Below, in pieces: positions 1 through 8,958 of a stretch of 64,000 bases of DNA (positions are counted from its first letter, which is position 1; each line of letters opens with the position of its first letter). The notes beneath the pieces were generated by a model. The model was given only the letters and a program-made list of their open reading frames with translations. It was not told the origin of the DNA and did not search any database. Source of the DNA: an uncultured delta proteobacterium (lineage in GTDB: Bacteria; Desulfobacterota; Syntrophia; Syntrophales; UBA2192); contig CAVPJD010000011.1 of NCBI GenBank assembly GCA_963705165.1, positions 128,001 to 192,000 on the forward strand. Reading direction: 5' to 3'. A program made the position numbers and the translations under genes.

Positions 1-834
1 TTGTGCCTCGAGGAGCTTTTTCTCCTCCTCGGATCGTTTGCGTTCCGTGATGTCCCGGGCAACCCCGTAGATGCCGTGGAGTTTCCCGTCGCTGCCCAGG
101 GAGGACTCTTCCATGGCAGCGGCCCGAAGTTCCACGACGGAGCAGTCGGCACCGCTTGCCAGCTTCGTGCGGCAGCGAAGCTTCACTTCCATGCAGTCCG
201 ACAGGGGCTTGCCCCTGCGGGCTGCCTCGAAGAACACCCGGACCTTGTCCACATCGTCCTCGTGGACGATCGTCGAAAAGTCTTTCCCCTGCAAGGACGC
301 GCTTTCGTAGCCCAGGAGGCTCTCGACGGTGTTATTCACGAAGAGGAACTCGCTTTTCGCCCCGAGGGTGAAGATGAGGTCGGGGGAATGCTGCACGAGA
401 TAGCGATACCGTTCCTCGGAGATCTCGAATTTCTTGCGGAAGATGTCCCGTTCGGCCCTCAGCCGTTTCTGGTCGAGGGCGTTCTGCACTCGCTTGACGA
501 GCTCGTCGTGCTCGAAGGGCTTGCCGAGATAGTCGTGGGCCCCCCGCTTCAGGGCCTCCACGGCCGATTCGATGGAGGCGTGACCCGTCATCATGATGAC
601 CGTCACGTCGGGGTAGCCTGCCTTCACGTGGTCCAGAAGCTGGTAGCCGTCCATTTCCGGCATCATGAGATCGAGCAGCATGAGGTCGCAGTGATTTTTC
701 TCCAGCCAGCTCATGGCTTCCCGGGCCGAAGGGCAGGTCTCGATCTGGCAGTTCCGGCCTCCGAGCAGGATCTTGAGGCTCTCGCACATCCGGACCTCGT
801 CGTCCACAACGAGGATTTTGGGGGTTCCCGTCAT
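1..834 (-). CDS. Receiver-PAS signalling protein, probably a hybrid sensor kinase; 3' part runs off the left edge
   Basis: Manual translation from ATG at 834: MTGTPKILVVDDE...LMLLDLMMPEMDG...MTGHASIESAVEALKRGAHDYLGKPF (REC), then RYRYLVQHSPDLIF...GVARDITERKRSEEEKKLLEAQ (PAS/PAC and linker). Absent from the ORF track because there is no stop in the window. Confidence 0.88.
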   Translation of the reverse strand, partial: MTGTPKILVVDDEVRMCESLKILLGGRNCQIETCPSAREAMSWLEKNHCDLMLLDLMMPEMDGYQLLDHVKAGYPDVTVIMMTGHASIESAVEALKRGAHDYLGKPFEHDELVKRVQNALDQKRLRAERDIFRKKFEISEERYRYLVQHSPDLIFTLGAKSEFLFVNNTVESLLGYESASLQGKDFSTIVHEDDVDKVRVFFEAARRGKPLSDCMEVKLRCRTKLASGADCSVVELRAAAMEESSLGSDGKLHGIYGVARDITERKRSEEEKKLLEAQ

Positions 835-847
835 TGTCTGCTCCGAC

Positions 848-3037
848 TCATGCTGTTTTCGTGACTCCATTCAGGGGAAAGCGGATCACAAAGGTCGTCC
901 CGATGCCTTCCGCGCTTTCGCACTGGATCGTCCCGCCGAGGTCCTTGACGATGCTGTGAACGACGGAGAGGCCGAGGCCCGAGTGGCCCTCCCCTTTCGT
1001 CGTCACGTAGGGCTCGAAGAGGCGCTGCCTGACCGCATCGGGGATGCCGGGACCGTCATCGCGCACGGAGATCTCCGCGTACTGCTCCGCCTTGCCCTCC
1101 CGCTTTACGGCCATCTCCTCCAGGTCACGCGTGACGAGGCACTTCGTCCGCACGTAGAGGTTGCCGCCCTGTCTCATCGCCTCGATGGCATTCTTGAGGA
1201 GGTTGATCAGGACCTGCTTGAGGCCGTTGCGATCCGTAACAAGCCCCGGCAGGGCCGGGTCCAGGTCGAGATGGAAACGGATCCGGCTCGCCGTCGAGAA
1301 GGACTTTTCGATGATCGTGGCAAGATCCCGCAACAGGCCGTTGACGTCCACCGTCTGGCGCACGCGGTCTTTCTCGGAGGTCAGATCGGTGAGCTGGCGG
1401 ATGATGAGCGCCACGCGGTCGATCTCCTCGTTGACGATCCGCAGCTCGTCCTGGGCCGTGTTGTCGGCCCCGAGCTTCATCCCGAGGATTTTGAGGTAAT
1501 TCTTGATGATGCTCAGCGGGTTGTTCACCTCGTGAGCCACCTTGCGGGCCAGCGCCGAAGAGGCGGCAAGGCGGCCCGCCTGGTAGAGCCGGGTATGGGC
1601 CTTTCGCATCTGGTCGAGCCGCAGGGACATGGCCACCTGGTCCGCATAGAGTGTGAGGAGCCTCGACTGGGCCGCAATCGGCGCCATGGCGGCACGCTCG
1701 GCCCCGATGACAAAAACGCCCACCGTTTCCTTCTGGCTCACCAGGGGCAGGCACAGGATCTCCTCGCTCCCCAGGATGTGGACGAGCATTTCGTCCATGA
1801 TCGTGAGAGCGCCCCGATCGCGCCGCTCCGGGGTGCCGAGGATCGCGTTCTGTGTCATCGCCCTCACGGGAAGCGATTCGTTTCGTGCCATGGGGATCGT
1901 CAGCTCCTGCCCGGGCGGCAGCCTGGAGCCTGCGGTATCTTGCAAAACAAGCAGTTCGCGGTCGCGATCCAGCAGAAAGAGCAGGATGGCCGGCGTTCCG
2001 AAGAGGACCTCGATCCCCTGCCTGGCGGCCCTCTGGATGGCATCCCGGTCGGGAGCCTCCAGGAGGCCCTGCATGGCTGCCTGCAGGAGCGCCACGTCTC
2101 TGATTTCGCCGGTGAGTGCTTCCTCTTTTGTCTCGTCCCTGCCGTCGAGGGGCTGGGGGTGCTGATCGACGGGGTCGATCTGGATGTCGAGTGCTTCGGC
2201 GAGTTCCCGCACCTCCTCCTGGGCGGCCGAGAGCATGTCCGTGATATCGGTGAAGCTGATCCCGAAGAGCTCCCGGATCACCTTGTACCGGGAAAAATCC
2301 GAATCGGGCATATCGGAGAGGATGTTCGCCGCGTAGATGATCTTGATGAGCGGGAAGGCGTTGTGAATCCTCTCCAGCGGCTCGTGATGGTATCGGGCCG
2401 CATCGGCCGTGAACGCGTCGAGGCCCCAGCGGCTCAGCAGCCAGGATCCCACCTCGGCGTGCGTGATTCCCATCTTGATCTCCCCCTCGAGGAGGAGATC
2501 CGATTGGTTCCGGGCGGCCTGGAGCACTTTCCCGTACTCATCGGGGAAGTTGACCCAGAGGACCATCCGTCCCACATCGTGAAGGATTCCGGCGAGAAAA
2601 GAGAGTTCGGGGGCCTTGTAGGATGTTTTTTCGGAAAGACGCCGGGCCAGCACGGCACAGAGCAGGGCATGATGCCAGTAAAGCTTCATGTTGAAAAGGG
2701 ACCGGCCGTTGACCCTGGAGAAGACCTGGTGGATGGAGGCGCTGATGGCGATGCTGCGCACAGTGTCGCGCCCCAGCTGGAAAAGGGCGTCATCCATCCG
2801 GACGATCTTCTCCGCCCGGCGGTAGAAGGGGGAATTGACGATCCCCAGGATCCTCGCCGAGAGTGCGGAATCCCCGCTGACGATCTGCGCGATGTCCCGG
2901 ATGGCCATCTCCTCGTTGCGGCAGGCCTCGATGAGCTTGAGGAGCACCTGGGGGAGCGACGGGAGATTCCTCGACGCCTCGATGCGCGACAGGAAGTACG
3001 CCGCCCGGTCATTCATGGGTGTTCGTTTTGTATCCAT
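848..3037 (-). CDS. HDOD-GAF-histidine kinase
   Basis: N-terminal LPSLPQV...DSALSARIL..VNSPFY...AGILHDVGR (HDOD), central GAF-like region, H-box VAHEVNNPL, QVLINLLKNAIEA, DDGPGI, GLGLS. Start uncertain (3097, 3037 or 3016). Confidence 0.9.
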   Translation of the reverse strand: MDTKRTPMNDRAAYFLSRIEASRNLPSLPQVLLKLIEACRNEEMAIRDIAQIVSGDSALSARILGIVNSPFYRRAEKIVRMDDALFQLGRDTVRSIAISASIHQVFSRVNGRSLFNMKLYWHHALLCAVLARRLSEKTSYKAPELSFLAGILHDVGRMVLWVNFPDEYGKVLQAARNQSDLLLEGEIKMGITHAEVGSWLLSRWGLDAFTADAARYHHEPLERIHNAFPLIKIIYAANILSDMPDSDFSRYKVIRELFGISFTDITDMLSAAQEEVRELAEALDIQIDPVDQHPQPLDGRDETKEEALTGEIRDVALLQAAMQGLLEAPDRDAIQRAARQGIEVLFGTPAILLFLLDRDRELLVLQDTAGSRLPPGQELTIPMARNESLPVRAMTQNAILGTPERRDRGALTIMDEMLVHILGSEEILCLPLVSQKETVGVFVIGAERAAMAPIAAQSRLLTLYADQVAMSLRLDQMRKAHTRLYQAGRLAASSALARKVAHEVNNPLSIIKNYLKILGMKLGADNTAQDELRIVNEEIDRVALIIRQLTDLTSEKDRVRQTVDVNGLLRDLATIIEKSFSTASRIRFHLDLDPALPGLVTDRNGLKQVLINLLKNAIEAMRQGGNLYVRTKCLVTRDLEEMAVKREGKAEQYAEISVRDDGPGIPDAVRQRLFEPYVTTKGEGHSGLGLSVVHSIVKDLGGTIQCESAEGIGTTFVIRFPLNGVTKTA

Positions 3038-3100
3038 ATGGCAACCCATGGACATTAAAAGCAACTTTTGTGCCGTACCGCCGGACCTGCGGTCCAAGAA

Positions 3101-3160
3101 GAAGTTGAGAAGTTAAGAAGGTGTGAAGGTTGGAAAACTTACCCTCTTACCTTCACTCTT
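3101..3160. repeat. Degenerate 8-mer array (GAAGTTGA/GAAGGTGT) followed by inverted copies (CTTACCCT)
   Basis: gaagttga gaagttaa gaaggtgt gaaggttg ... cttaccct cttacctt. Confidence 0.6.
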
Positions 3161-3162
3161 TC

Positions 3163-3909
3163 TCAGCGTCCACCCGTCAGCGGGACAAACCGGACGGGCA
3201 ACAGGCTTTTCGTCGTGATGTTTCCCTTCTGATCCTTCTCGACCAGGATGATGTGCTGAATCATGGAGGGGCTGCCCACGGGGATAACCATCCGCCCTTT
3301 TGCCTTCAACTGGGAAATCAGGGGCGGCGGAATGTGCCCGGCTGCCGCCGTCACCATGATGGCGTCGAAAGGCGCCTTGTCGGGCCACCCGGCATAGCCG
3401 TCCCCCGTCCGGACCTCCACGTTGCTGAAACCGAGGTCCCGGAGACGGGCCTTCGCCGATTCGGCCAGCTCGGGGATGATCTCTATCGTATACACCTTCC
3501 GGTAGAGGGGCGAGAGGACGGCCGCCTGATAACCGGAACCGGTGCCGACCTCGAGGACCGTCCCCGAACCATCAGGCTGCAGGATCTCCGTCATGTAAGC
3601 CACGATGTAGGGCTGGGAGATCGTCTGGCCGTTACCGATCGGCAGGGGCCTGTCCTCATAGGCCGAGGACATGCGATCCTCCGGCACGAAGAGATGGCGG
3701 GGGGTGCTACGCATGGCCTGGAGAACCGCCTCCTGGCGGACCCCGCGGGCAACGATCTGGTCGCTGACCATGGCTTCCCGAAGCGTTTCGAAATCCTTCG
3801 AGGTGGGCTGCTTGCCGAAAAACCAGCCGTCGGCCACACCCGGCAGGAGGACCGGGTATGCCAGAAGCACCGCTGTGACAGCGGCGAAAAACGTGACGAG
3901 GGCTTTCAT
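3163..3909 (-). CDS. pcm: Protein-L-isoaspartate O-methyltransferase with hydrophobic N-terminal extension
   Basis: PRHLFVP, AYEDRPLPIGNGQTISQPYIVA, VLEVGTGSGYQAA, GDGYAGWPDKAPFDAI, VRFVPL; GGAGGGA RBS before ATG 3909. Confidence 0.95.
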   Translation of the reverse strand: MKALVTFFAAVTAVLLAYPVLLPGVADGWFFGKQPTSKDFETLREAMVSDQIVARGVRQEAVLQAMRSTPRHLFVPEDRMSSAYEDRPLPIGNGQTISQPYIVAYMTEILQPDGSGTVLEVGTGSGYQAAVLSPLYRKVYTIEIIPELAESAKARLRDLGFSNVEVRTGDGYAGWPDKAPFDAIMVTAAAGHIPPPLISQLKAKGRMVIPVGSPSMIQHIILVEKDQKGNITTKSLLPVRFVPLTGGR

Positions 3910-3995
3910 GTGGTCCCTCCCCTGTGGTATCATGACGTGGGAGTTGGCAAATACATCGCAAACAGAGGGAAACGGTGTTTCCCGTCGGTTGCCCT

Positions 3996-4380
3996 ATGTT
4001 CTACCCGATCGCCGCCGATATCGTCATCGTGATCCACTTTATCTGGATCGCCTTCGTGATCCTGGGCTTCCCGGTCGTTCTGTGGATCAACAGCGCCCGG
4101 TGGCGCCTCATCCACCTGGCCGCCGTGATCTGGATGGTCCTGATGCAGCTCACGCGCTCCATCTGCCCCCTCACGTATCTCGAAGTCTGGCTCAAATCGG
4201 AGGGGCGCGGGAGCGGAGGTCTACTCGGGAAAATTCCTCATCGAGACGATCGAGCGTCTCATCTACGTGGACAACGTCACCCTGGAAAAAATCACCTACG
4301 CCACCGGGGTCTATCTTACGCTCATCGTCCTGTCCTTCTGGTTGCGGCCGATGCCGAGAAAGAAGAAGGTGAGAGGTTGA
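3996..4380 (+). pseudogene. DUF2784-like small membrane protein, frameshifted (or sequencing error)
   Basis: ADIVIVIHFIWIAFVILG...ICPLTYLE in one frame; the expected continuation YSGKFLIETIERLIYVD...FWLRPMPRKKKVRG* is in the +1 frame. Removing one G from the run at 4202-4205 restores one ORF. Confidence 0.75.
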
Positions 4381-4487
4381 GAAGGTGAGAAGTTTGGAAA
4401 AGCCCTCGGATTCGATGTCATGCAGCGGGGTCTCTGTGCGTACGCTCTTTTCTCACCTTCTTACCCTCTCACCCTCTTACCTTCTTG
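4365..4487. repeat. Inverted pair of degenerate 8-mer arrays (GAAGGTGA ... TCTCACCT/TCTTACCC)
   Basis: gaaggtgagaggttgagaaggtgagaag at 4365-4392; tctcaccttcttaccctctcaccctcttaccttc at 4451-4484. Confidence 0.65.
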
Positions 4488-4590
4488 TTACATATATCAC
4501 AGATCCCCAGCCATGCAAGAGCGGGCGCCCGCGGCAAAGCTTCCTTGCATTCATTCTTTCGATGGGTTACGTTGGCCCCCGGGAGTTGCC

Positions 4591-5802
4591 ATGCTTGAAA
4601 AACCCGCCCTGAGAACGGACATCCAGATGGTCATGACCCTCGTCGAGGGCCGCCGGATGATCGTCTTCCAGGACCCCCACGATCTGGGCGACCAGCGCAT
4701 CGCCGTCGATGCGGGCGCGTTGCCGCTTCTGCAGATGCTCGACGGCCGGCACGAAATCCGGGACATCCAGAGGGAGCTCACGAACCGCAGCGGGGGACGC
4801 CCGGTCTCTCTCTCGGACGTCGAAGACTTCCTCGGCAGCCTCGACAGGGCTTTTCTGCTGAACAGTGAATCCTTTCGGCGGGAAATGGACTCGCTCTTTA
4901 CGGTATTTTCCCGGCAGGAGCAGCGCCCGTGTGTCCATGCAGGAAAGTCCTACGACCCCGATCCGGAAAGACTGGCCCGTTTCATCGAGGAGTCGGAAAG
5001 CGAGTTGCCCCCGCTGGAATTGCACCCGCCTGCAATCCATGCCGTCGTCGCCCCCCACATCGACATCCGCGTGGCGCGGAACACTTACGTGAAGGCCTAC
5101 AGGCACCTGAAAGGAAGTCAATACGATCTTGCGGTGATCCTGGGAATCAACCACAATCTGCAGGACGGTCTCTTCTGCGTTTCCCCGAAAAACTACATGA
5201 CGCCTTTCGGCGAGATCCGGACGGACCGGGGTTTTGTGGAGGCCCTGGGGGAAAGCGCGCGGCCCGGTACCCTGACGACACACGATTTCGGTCACAAGAC
5301 CGAACACTCCATCGAGTTCCAGACGATCTTCCTTCATCACTACCTGAAGGGCACTCCGATCGTGCCGATTCTCTGCGGCGGGATCCACGAGCACCTCTTT
5401 GCCCGGCAGAATCCCCTGGAGGACAGCCGCTTCCTCGGGTTCGTGGAAACCATCCGGGAAGAGGTAAAAAAACGGGGGAAGGTTCTCTTCGTAGCGGGGG
5501 TGGACTTCTCGCACGTGGGGCTCAAGTTCGGCGACAGGGTACCCGCCGAGTCGATTCTGGAACGCGCACAGGCCAACGACCGGCTCATCCTGGATTCCCT
5601 GCTGACCGGCGACGGACGGGCTATCTACGAAAATGCCGCCGGCACGCAGGACCAGTACAAGGTCTGCGGGCTTCCCGCCCTGGTCTTGCTGGCCGAGCTC
5701 ATGAAAGGGAAAAAGGGAATCCTGCTCGATTACGATACCTACCGGGAGGCGGCCACCTCGAGCGCCGTGACGTACGCCTCCGCAATCTTTACCGACCGGT
5801 AA
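4591..5802 (+). CDS. amrB: AmmeMemoRadiSam system protein B (MEMO1 family) with N-terminal extension
   Basis: HAGKSY, VVAPHID, LGINH, HKTEHSIEFQ, VPILCG, GVDFSHVG, VCG, SAVTYAS. Confidence 0.9.
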   Translation: MLEKPALRTDIQMVMTLVEGRRMIVFQDPHDLGDQRIAVDAGALPLLQMLDGRHEIRDIQRELTNRSGGRPVSLSDVEDFLGSLDRAFLLNSESFRREMDSLFTVFSRQEQRPCVHAGKSYDPDPERLARFIEESESELPPLELHPPAIHAVVAPHIDIRVARNTYVKAYRHLKGSQYDLAVILGINHNLQDGLFCVSPKNYMTPFGEIRTDRGFVEALGESARPGTLTTHDFGHKTEHSIEFQTIFLHHYLKGTPIVPILCGGIHEHLFARQNPLEDSRFLGFVETIREEVKKRGKVLFVAGVDFSHVGLKFGDRVPAESILERAQANDRLILDSLLTGDGRAIYENAAGTQDQYKVCGLPALVLLAELMKGKKGILLDYDTYREAATSSAVTYASAIFTDR

Positions 5803-5810
5803 AGATTGCA

Positions 5811-5956
5811 GCGTGTGGCGTGTAGCGTGTAGCGTGTAGCGTGTAGAAAATAACACACTGGGTAAAAAAAGAACGGCGGGAGAATCGCTCCCGCCGTTTA
5901 AATTTGTGTTAGAGCTTATGGCTCCCCCGACACGCTACCCGCTACACGCGACACGC
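5811..5956. repeat. Heptamer array (GCGTGTA)x5 and its inverted copy flanking a terminator
   Basis: 5811-5845 gcgtgtg(gcgtgta)x4; 5929-5956 gacacgctacccgctacacgcgacacgc. Confidence 0.85.
5864..5899. terminator. Bidirectional intrinsic terminator-like hairpin (near-identical copy at 8869-8903)
   Basis: aaaaaaag aacggcgggag aatcg ctcccgccgtt t, between convergent genes. Confidence 0.75.
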
Positions 5957-5993
5957 TTCTGGTTGCCGGTCACTAGCCACTGGTCACTGCATC

Positions 5994-6461
5994 TCATCCT
6001 CCCTCCGTCTGCGCGAATGCCGTGTTGGTGTAAAGGTATTCCATCTTCTCTTTGTGTTTCATCTCTTCGTTGGCCATCCTCAGGAGCAGCTCCTTCACCG
6101 CTCCCTTGGGGCAGAGATCCGCGAGCCCCTTGTAGAAATTGTGGGCGTTCATCTCGCGGGTGGCGGCAACGAGGAATACCTCCTCGGAGTTCATGTTCTT
6201 CTTGATGTCGGGCTGTTTCAGGTGCTCGGCAACCTTGTAGTCCACGGGCATATCGGGCCGCAGGACGATATCGCAGGACATCTGATCCTTGCACTTCACA
6301 AGAAAGGCCTTGTGTCCGGCTTCTTCATCGGCCAGATACTTCAGCGTGTCCTTAGCCGCCTTGCCTTCGACGTTATTGCGCAGATTCATGTAAAAGTTGC
6401 ATGCTTCTTCCTCTTTCTCGATGGCAAGATCGATCACCGACTGCAGCGTGTCACTTCCCAT
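5994..6461 (-). CDS. Ferritin-like/rubrerythrin family protein
   Basis: AIEKEEEACNFY...LADEEAGH and AATREMNAHNFY...MANEEMKH (two E..ExxH di-iron halves). Confidence 0.9.
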   Translation of the reverse strand: MGSDTLQSVIDLAIEKEEEACNFYMNLRNNVEGKAAKDTLKYLADEEAGHKAFLVKCKDQMSCDIVLRPDMPVDYKVAEHLKQPDIKKNMNSEEVFLVAATREMNAHNFYKGLADLCPKGAVKELLLRMANEEMKHKEKMEYLYTNTAFAQTEGG

Positions 6462-6579
6462 GGCTCATGCCCCCTTCGTTTTCACGGCCACCGGACGGGC
6501 TCGTTATTCTTCAGTTAGAAAAATAGTATTTCCACCCGCAAAGTGCAATGGGAAATAGCTCCCATGAAATCCTTTTCCA

Positions 6580-6607
6580 TTGACTCCGGCATTCTATCTG
6601 ATAAAAT
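6580..6607 (+). promoter_or_regulatory. Sigma-70-type promoter for the aminotransferase-BKACE operon
   Basis: TTGACT-N16-TAAAAT with TG extended -10. Confidence 0.55.
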
Positions 6608-6653
6608 TCGGCGCGATTATCGCATCAACCCCTGACGTTCCCTGGAGGCAGCC

Positions 6654-8000
6654 ATGGCGAAGAAAATCAACGAGGATCATGTCTTTTACAGGACGCCGAC
6701 CAAGTATTATCCCACCGTGGACCGCGGTGAGGGTGTATACATCTACGACAAGGAAGGGAGGCAGTTCATCGACGGCTCCGGAGGCGCGGCGGTGGTCAAC
6801 ATCGGCCATGGCGTGAAGGAGATCGAGGAGGCCATGCTCAAGCAGGCAAGCCGCATCGCCTTCACCCACGGCACCCAGTTCACGAGCGAGGCTGCCATCG
6901 AGCTGGCAGACCGGATCGTCAAGATGTCCCCACCGGGGCTTTCCCGGGTCTACTTCCTCTCGGGCGGCTCCGAGGCCGTAGAGACGGCCATGAAGATGGC
7001 CCGCCAGTACCAGGTCGACCGGGGCTGCCCGATGAAGTTCAAGGTCATCTCCCGGTGGGCAAGCTATCACGGCAACACCGTGGGCGCCCTCGCGCTGAGC
7101 GGCCACACGGGCAGGCGCCGCTACTACCTGCCGCTCATGCTGCACACTCCCCACATCGCACCGTGCTACTGCTACAGATGCCCCTGCAACCTTGTTCCCG
7201 ATAAGTGCAGTATCGAGTGCGCCGACGAGCTCGAGAAGACGATCCTTTACGAAGGTCCCGATTCCGTGTCGGCCTTCATCGTCGAGCCCGTCGTGGGGGC
7301 CACGGCGGGGGCCCTGGTGCCGAAGGACGGTTACTTCCGGCGGATCCGCGAGATCTGCGACAAGTACGACGTGCTGCTCATCTCCGACGAGGTCATGTCC
7401 GGCGTGGGGAGAACCGGCAGAAACTGGGCCCTCGATCACTGGAACGTGGTGCCCGACATGATCGTGGCGGCCAAGGGGCTGGCCAGCGGCTACACGCCGC
7501 TCTACGTCGTCGTGGCCAAAGAGGAGATCCACCAGCTCATCAAGGAAAAAAACGGCACCTTCGTCCACGGCCATACCTACAGCCAGAACCCGCTGTCCTG
7601 CTCTGTCGGCACTGCCGTGCTGGATTACCTGGAAAAGCACGACCTGGTGGCCGCATCGGCCAAAAAAGGCGTCTATCTGCTGGAAAAGCTCAAGGGGCTC
7701 CTGAAACACCCCATGGTGGGCGACGTCCGCGGCCTGGGACTATTCGCCGGCATCGAGTTCGTCAAGGACAAGAAGACGAAGGAACCCTTCGACCCGAAGC
7801 TCCGGGTCAATGTCCTCGTCGGCAACAGCGCTTTTGCGAAGGGCCTGATCACCTATCCCGGCGGCGGCGGCGCCGACGGCGTGAAGGGCGATCACAGCCT
7901 GCTCGCGCCCCCGTACATCATCACGGAGGCCCAGATCGACCGGATGGTCCAGATCCTGGACGAAGCGATTACGGAAACGGAAACGAAGGTGCGAGGATAA
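6654..8000 (+). CDS. Class III (omega-amino acid type) PLP-dependent aminotransferase
   Basis: [54 protein letters not shown] (PLP Lys), HGHTYS. Confidence 0.95.
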   Translation: MAKKINEDHVFYRTPTKYYPTVDRGEGVYIYDKEGRQFIDGSGGAAVVNIGHGVKEIEEAMLKQASRIAFTHGTQFTSEAAIELADRIVKMSPPGLSRVYFLSGGSEAVETAMKMARQYQVDRGCPMKFKVISRWASYHGNTVGALALSGHTGRRRYYLPLMLHTPHIAPCYCYRCPCNLVPDKCSIECADELEKTILYEGPDSVSAFIVEPVVGATAGALVPKDGYFRRIREICDKYDVLLISDEVMSGVGRTGRNWALDHWNVVPDMIVAAKGLASGYTPLYVVVAKEEIHQLIKEKNGTFVHGHTYSQNPLSCSVGTAVLDYLEKHDLVAASAKKGVYLLEKLKGLLKHPMVGDVRGLGLFAGIEFVKDKKTKEPFDPKLRVNVLVGNSAFAKGLITYPGGGGADGVKGDHSLLAPPYIITEAQIDRMVQILDEAITETETKVRG

Positions 8001-8003
8001 TCC

Positions 8004-8831
8004 ATGGGAAAAGTCATCATCACCGCAGCCATCACCGGAAGCCGCATGATGCGGGACATCGCCCCCCACATCCCCATCACCCCCGAGGAGATCGCCCAGT
8101 CGGCCATCGAGGCCTGGCAGGCCGGCGCCTCGATCGTCCATATCCACGTCCGCGACCCCGAGACAGGACTGGGAAGCCAGAACCTGGAGCTCTTCCGCCA
8201 GGTCGTCGACAGGATCCGGGAGAAGACGGATCTCATTCTCAGCCTCACCACGAGCGGCATCCCCGGGCGGAATCTGCCGACCGAGGAGAGGCTCTCGCCG
8301 CTTCTGCTGAAGCCCGAGCTTGCCTCCTACGATGCCGGGTCGATCAACCTGGGAGGCAGGGCATTCATCAACGACCCCGCTTTCCTCGACGAGGCGGCGA
8401 AAAAAATGAAGGAGGCCGGCGTAAAGCCCGAGATCGAGATCTTCGATCTGGGCATGATGGTGACGGCCCTGCGGCTGTGCGACGAGGGGAAGATCGACGA
8501 CCCCATGCACTTCCAGTTCTGCCTGGGGACGCCCTGGGGCGCGCCGGCCACGGTGAAGTCCTTCCTGCACCTCTACGAGCACATGCCCGCAAACGCCACC
8601 TGGTCAATCTTCGGCGTGGGCCGGGGCTTTCTGCCCATGGCCATGATGGGCCTCATCACGGGGGGCCACATCCGGGTGGGAATGGAAGACAACATCTACG
8701 TGAACCCGGGGGTGCTTGCGAAGACGAACGCCGAGCTGGTCGAGCGCGTCACAGGTATATGCCGTGCCTACGGCCGCGAGGTGGCCACACCGGCGGAAGC
8801 GAGAAAGATACTGGGATTCGCGAAAAAATAA
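8004..8831 (+). CDS. Beta-keto acid cleavage enzyme (BKACE/Kce, DUF849 family)
   Basis: KVIITAAITG, PITPEEIA, AGASIVHIHVRD (Zn His pair), KPEIEIFD, GHIRVGMEDN, EVATPAEARKIL. Confidence 0.93.
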   Translation: MGKVIITAAITGSRMMRDIAPHIPITPEEIAQSAIEAWQAGASIVHIHVRDPETGLGSQNLELFRQVVDRIREKTDLILSLTTSGIPGRNLPTEERLSPLLLKPELASYDAGSINLGGRAFINDPAFLDEAAKKMKEAGVKPEIEIFDLGMMVTALRLCDEGKIDDPMHFQFCLGTPWGAPATVKSFLHLYEHMPANATWSIFGVGRGFLPMAMMGLITGGHIRVGMEDNIYVNPGVLAKTNAELVERVTGICRAYGREVATPAEARKILGFAKK

Positions 8832-8835
8832 GGGC

Positions 8836-8958
8836 CCAGGGTATAGGGTCCAGGGTTCAGGGGTTGAGAAAAAAGAACGGCGGGAATTGCTCCCGCCGTT
8901 TTTGCTTTGAGATTTGTCTTTTTCTTCCCTGTACCCTGTACCCTTGACCCTGAACCCT
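8836..8958. repeat. Inverted heptamer arrays (CAGGGTN / NACCCTG) flanking a terminator
   Basis: ccagggtatagggtccagggttcagggg ... cctgtaccctgtacccttgaccctgaaccc. Confidence 0.75.
8869..8903. terminator. Bidirectional intrinsic terminator
   Basis: aaaaaag aacggcggga attgc tcccgccgtt ttt, between convergent genes. Confidence 0.8.
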
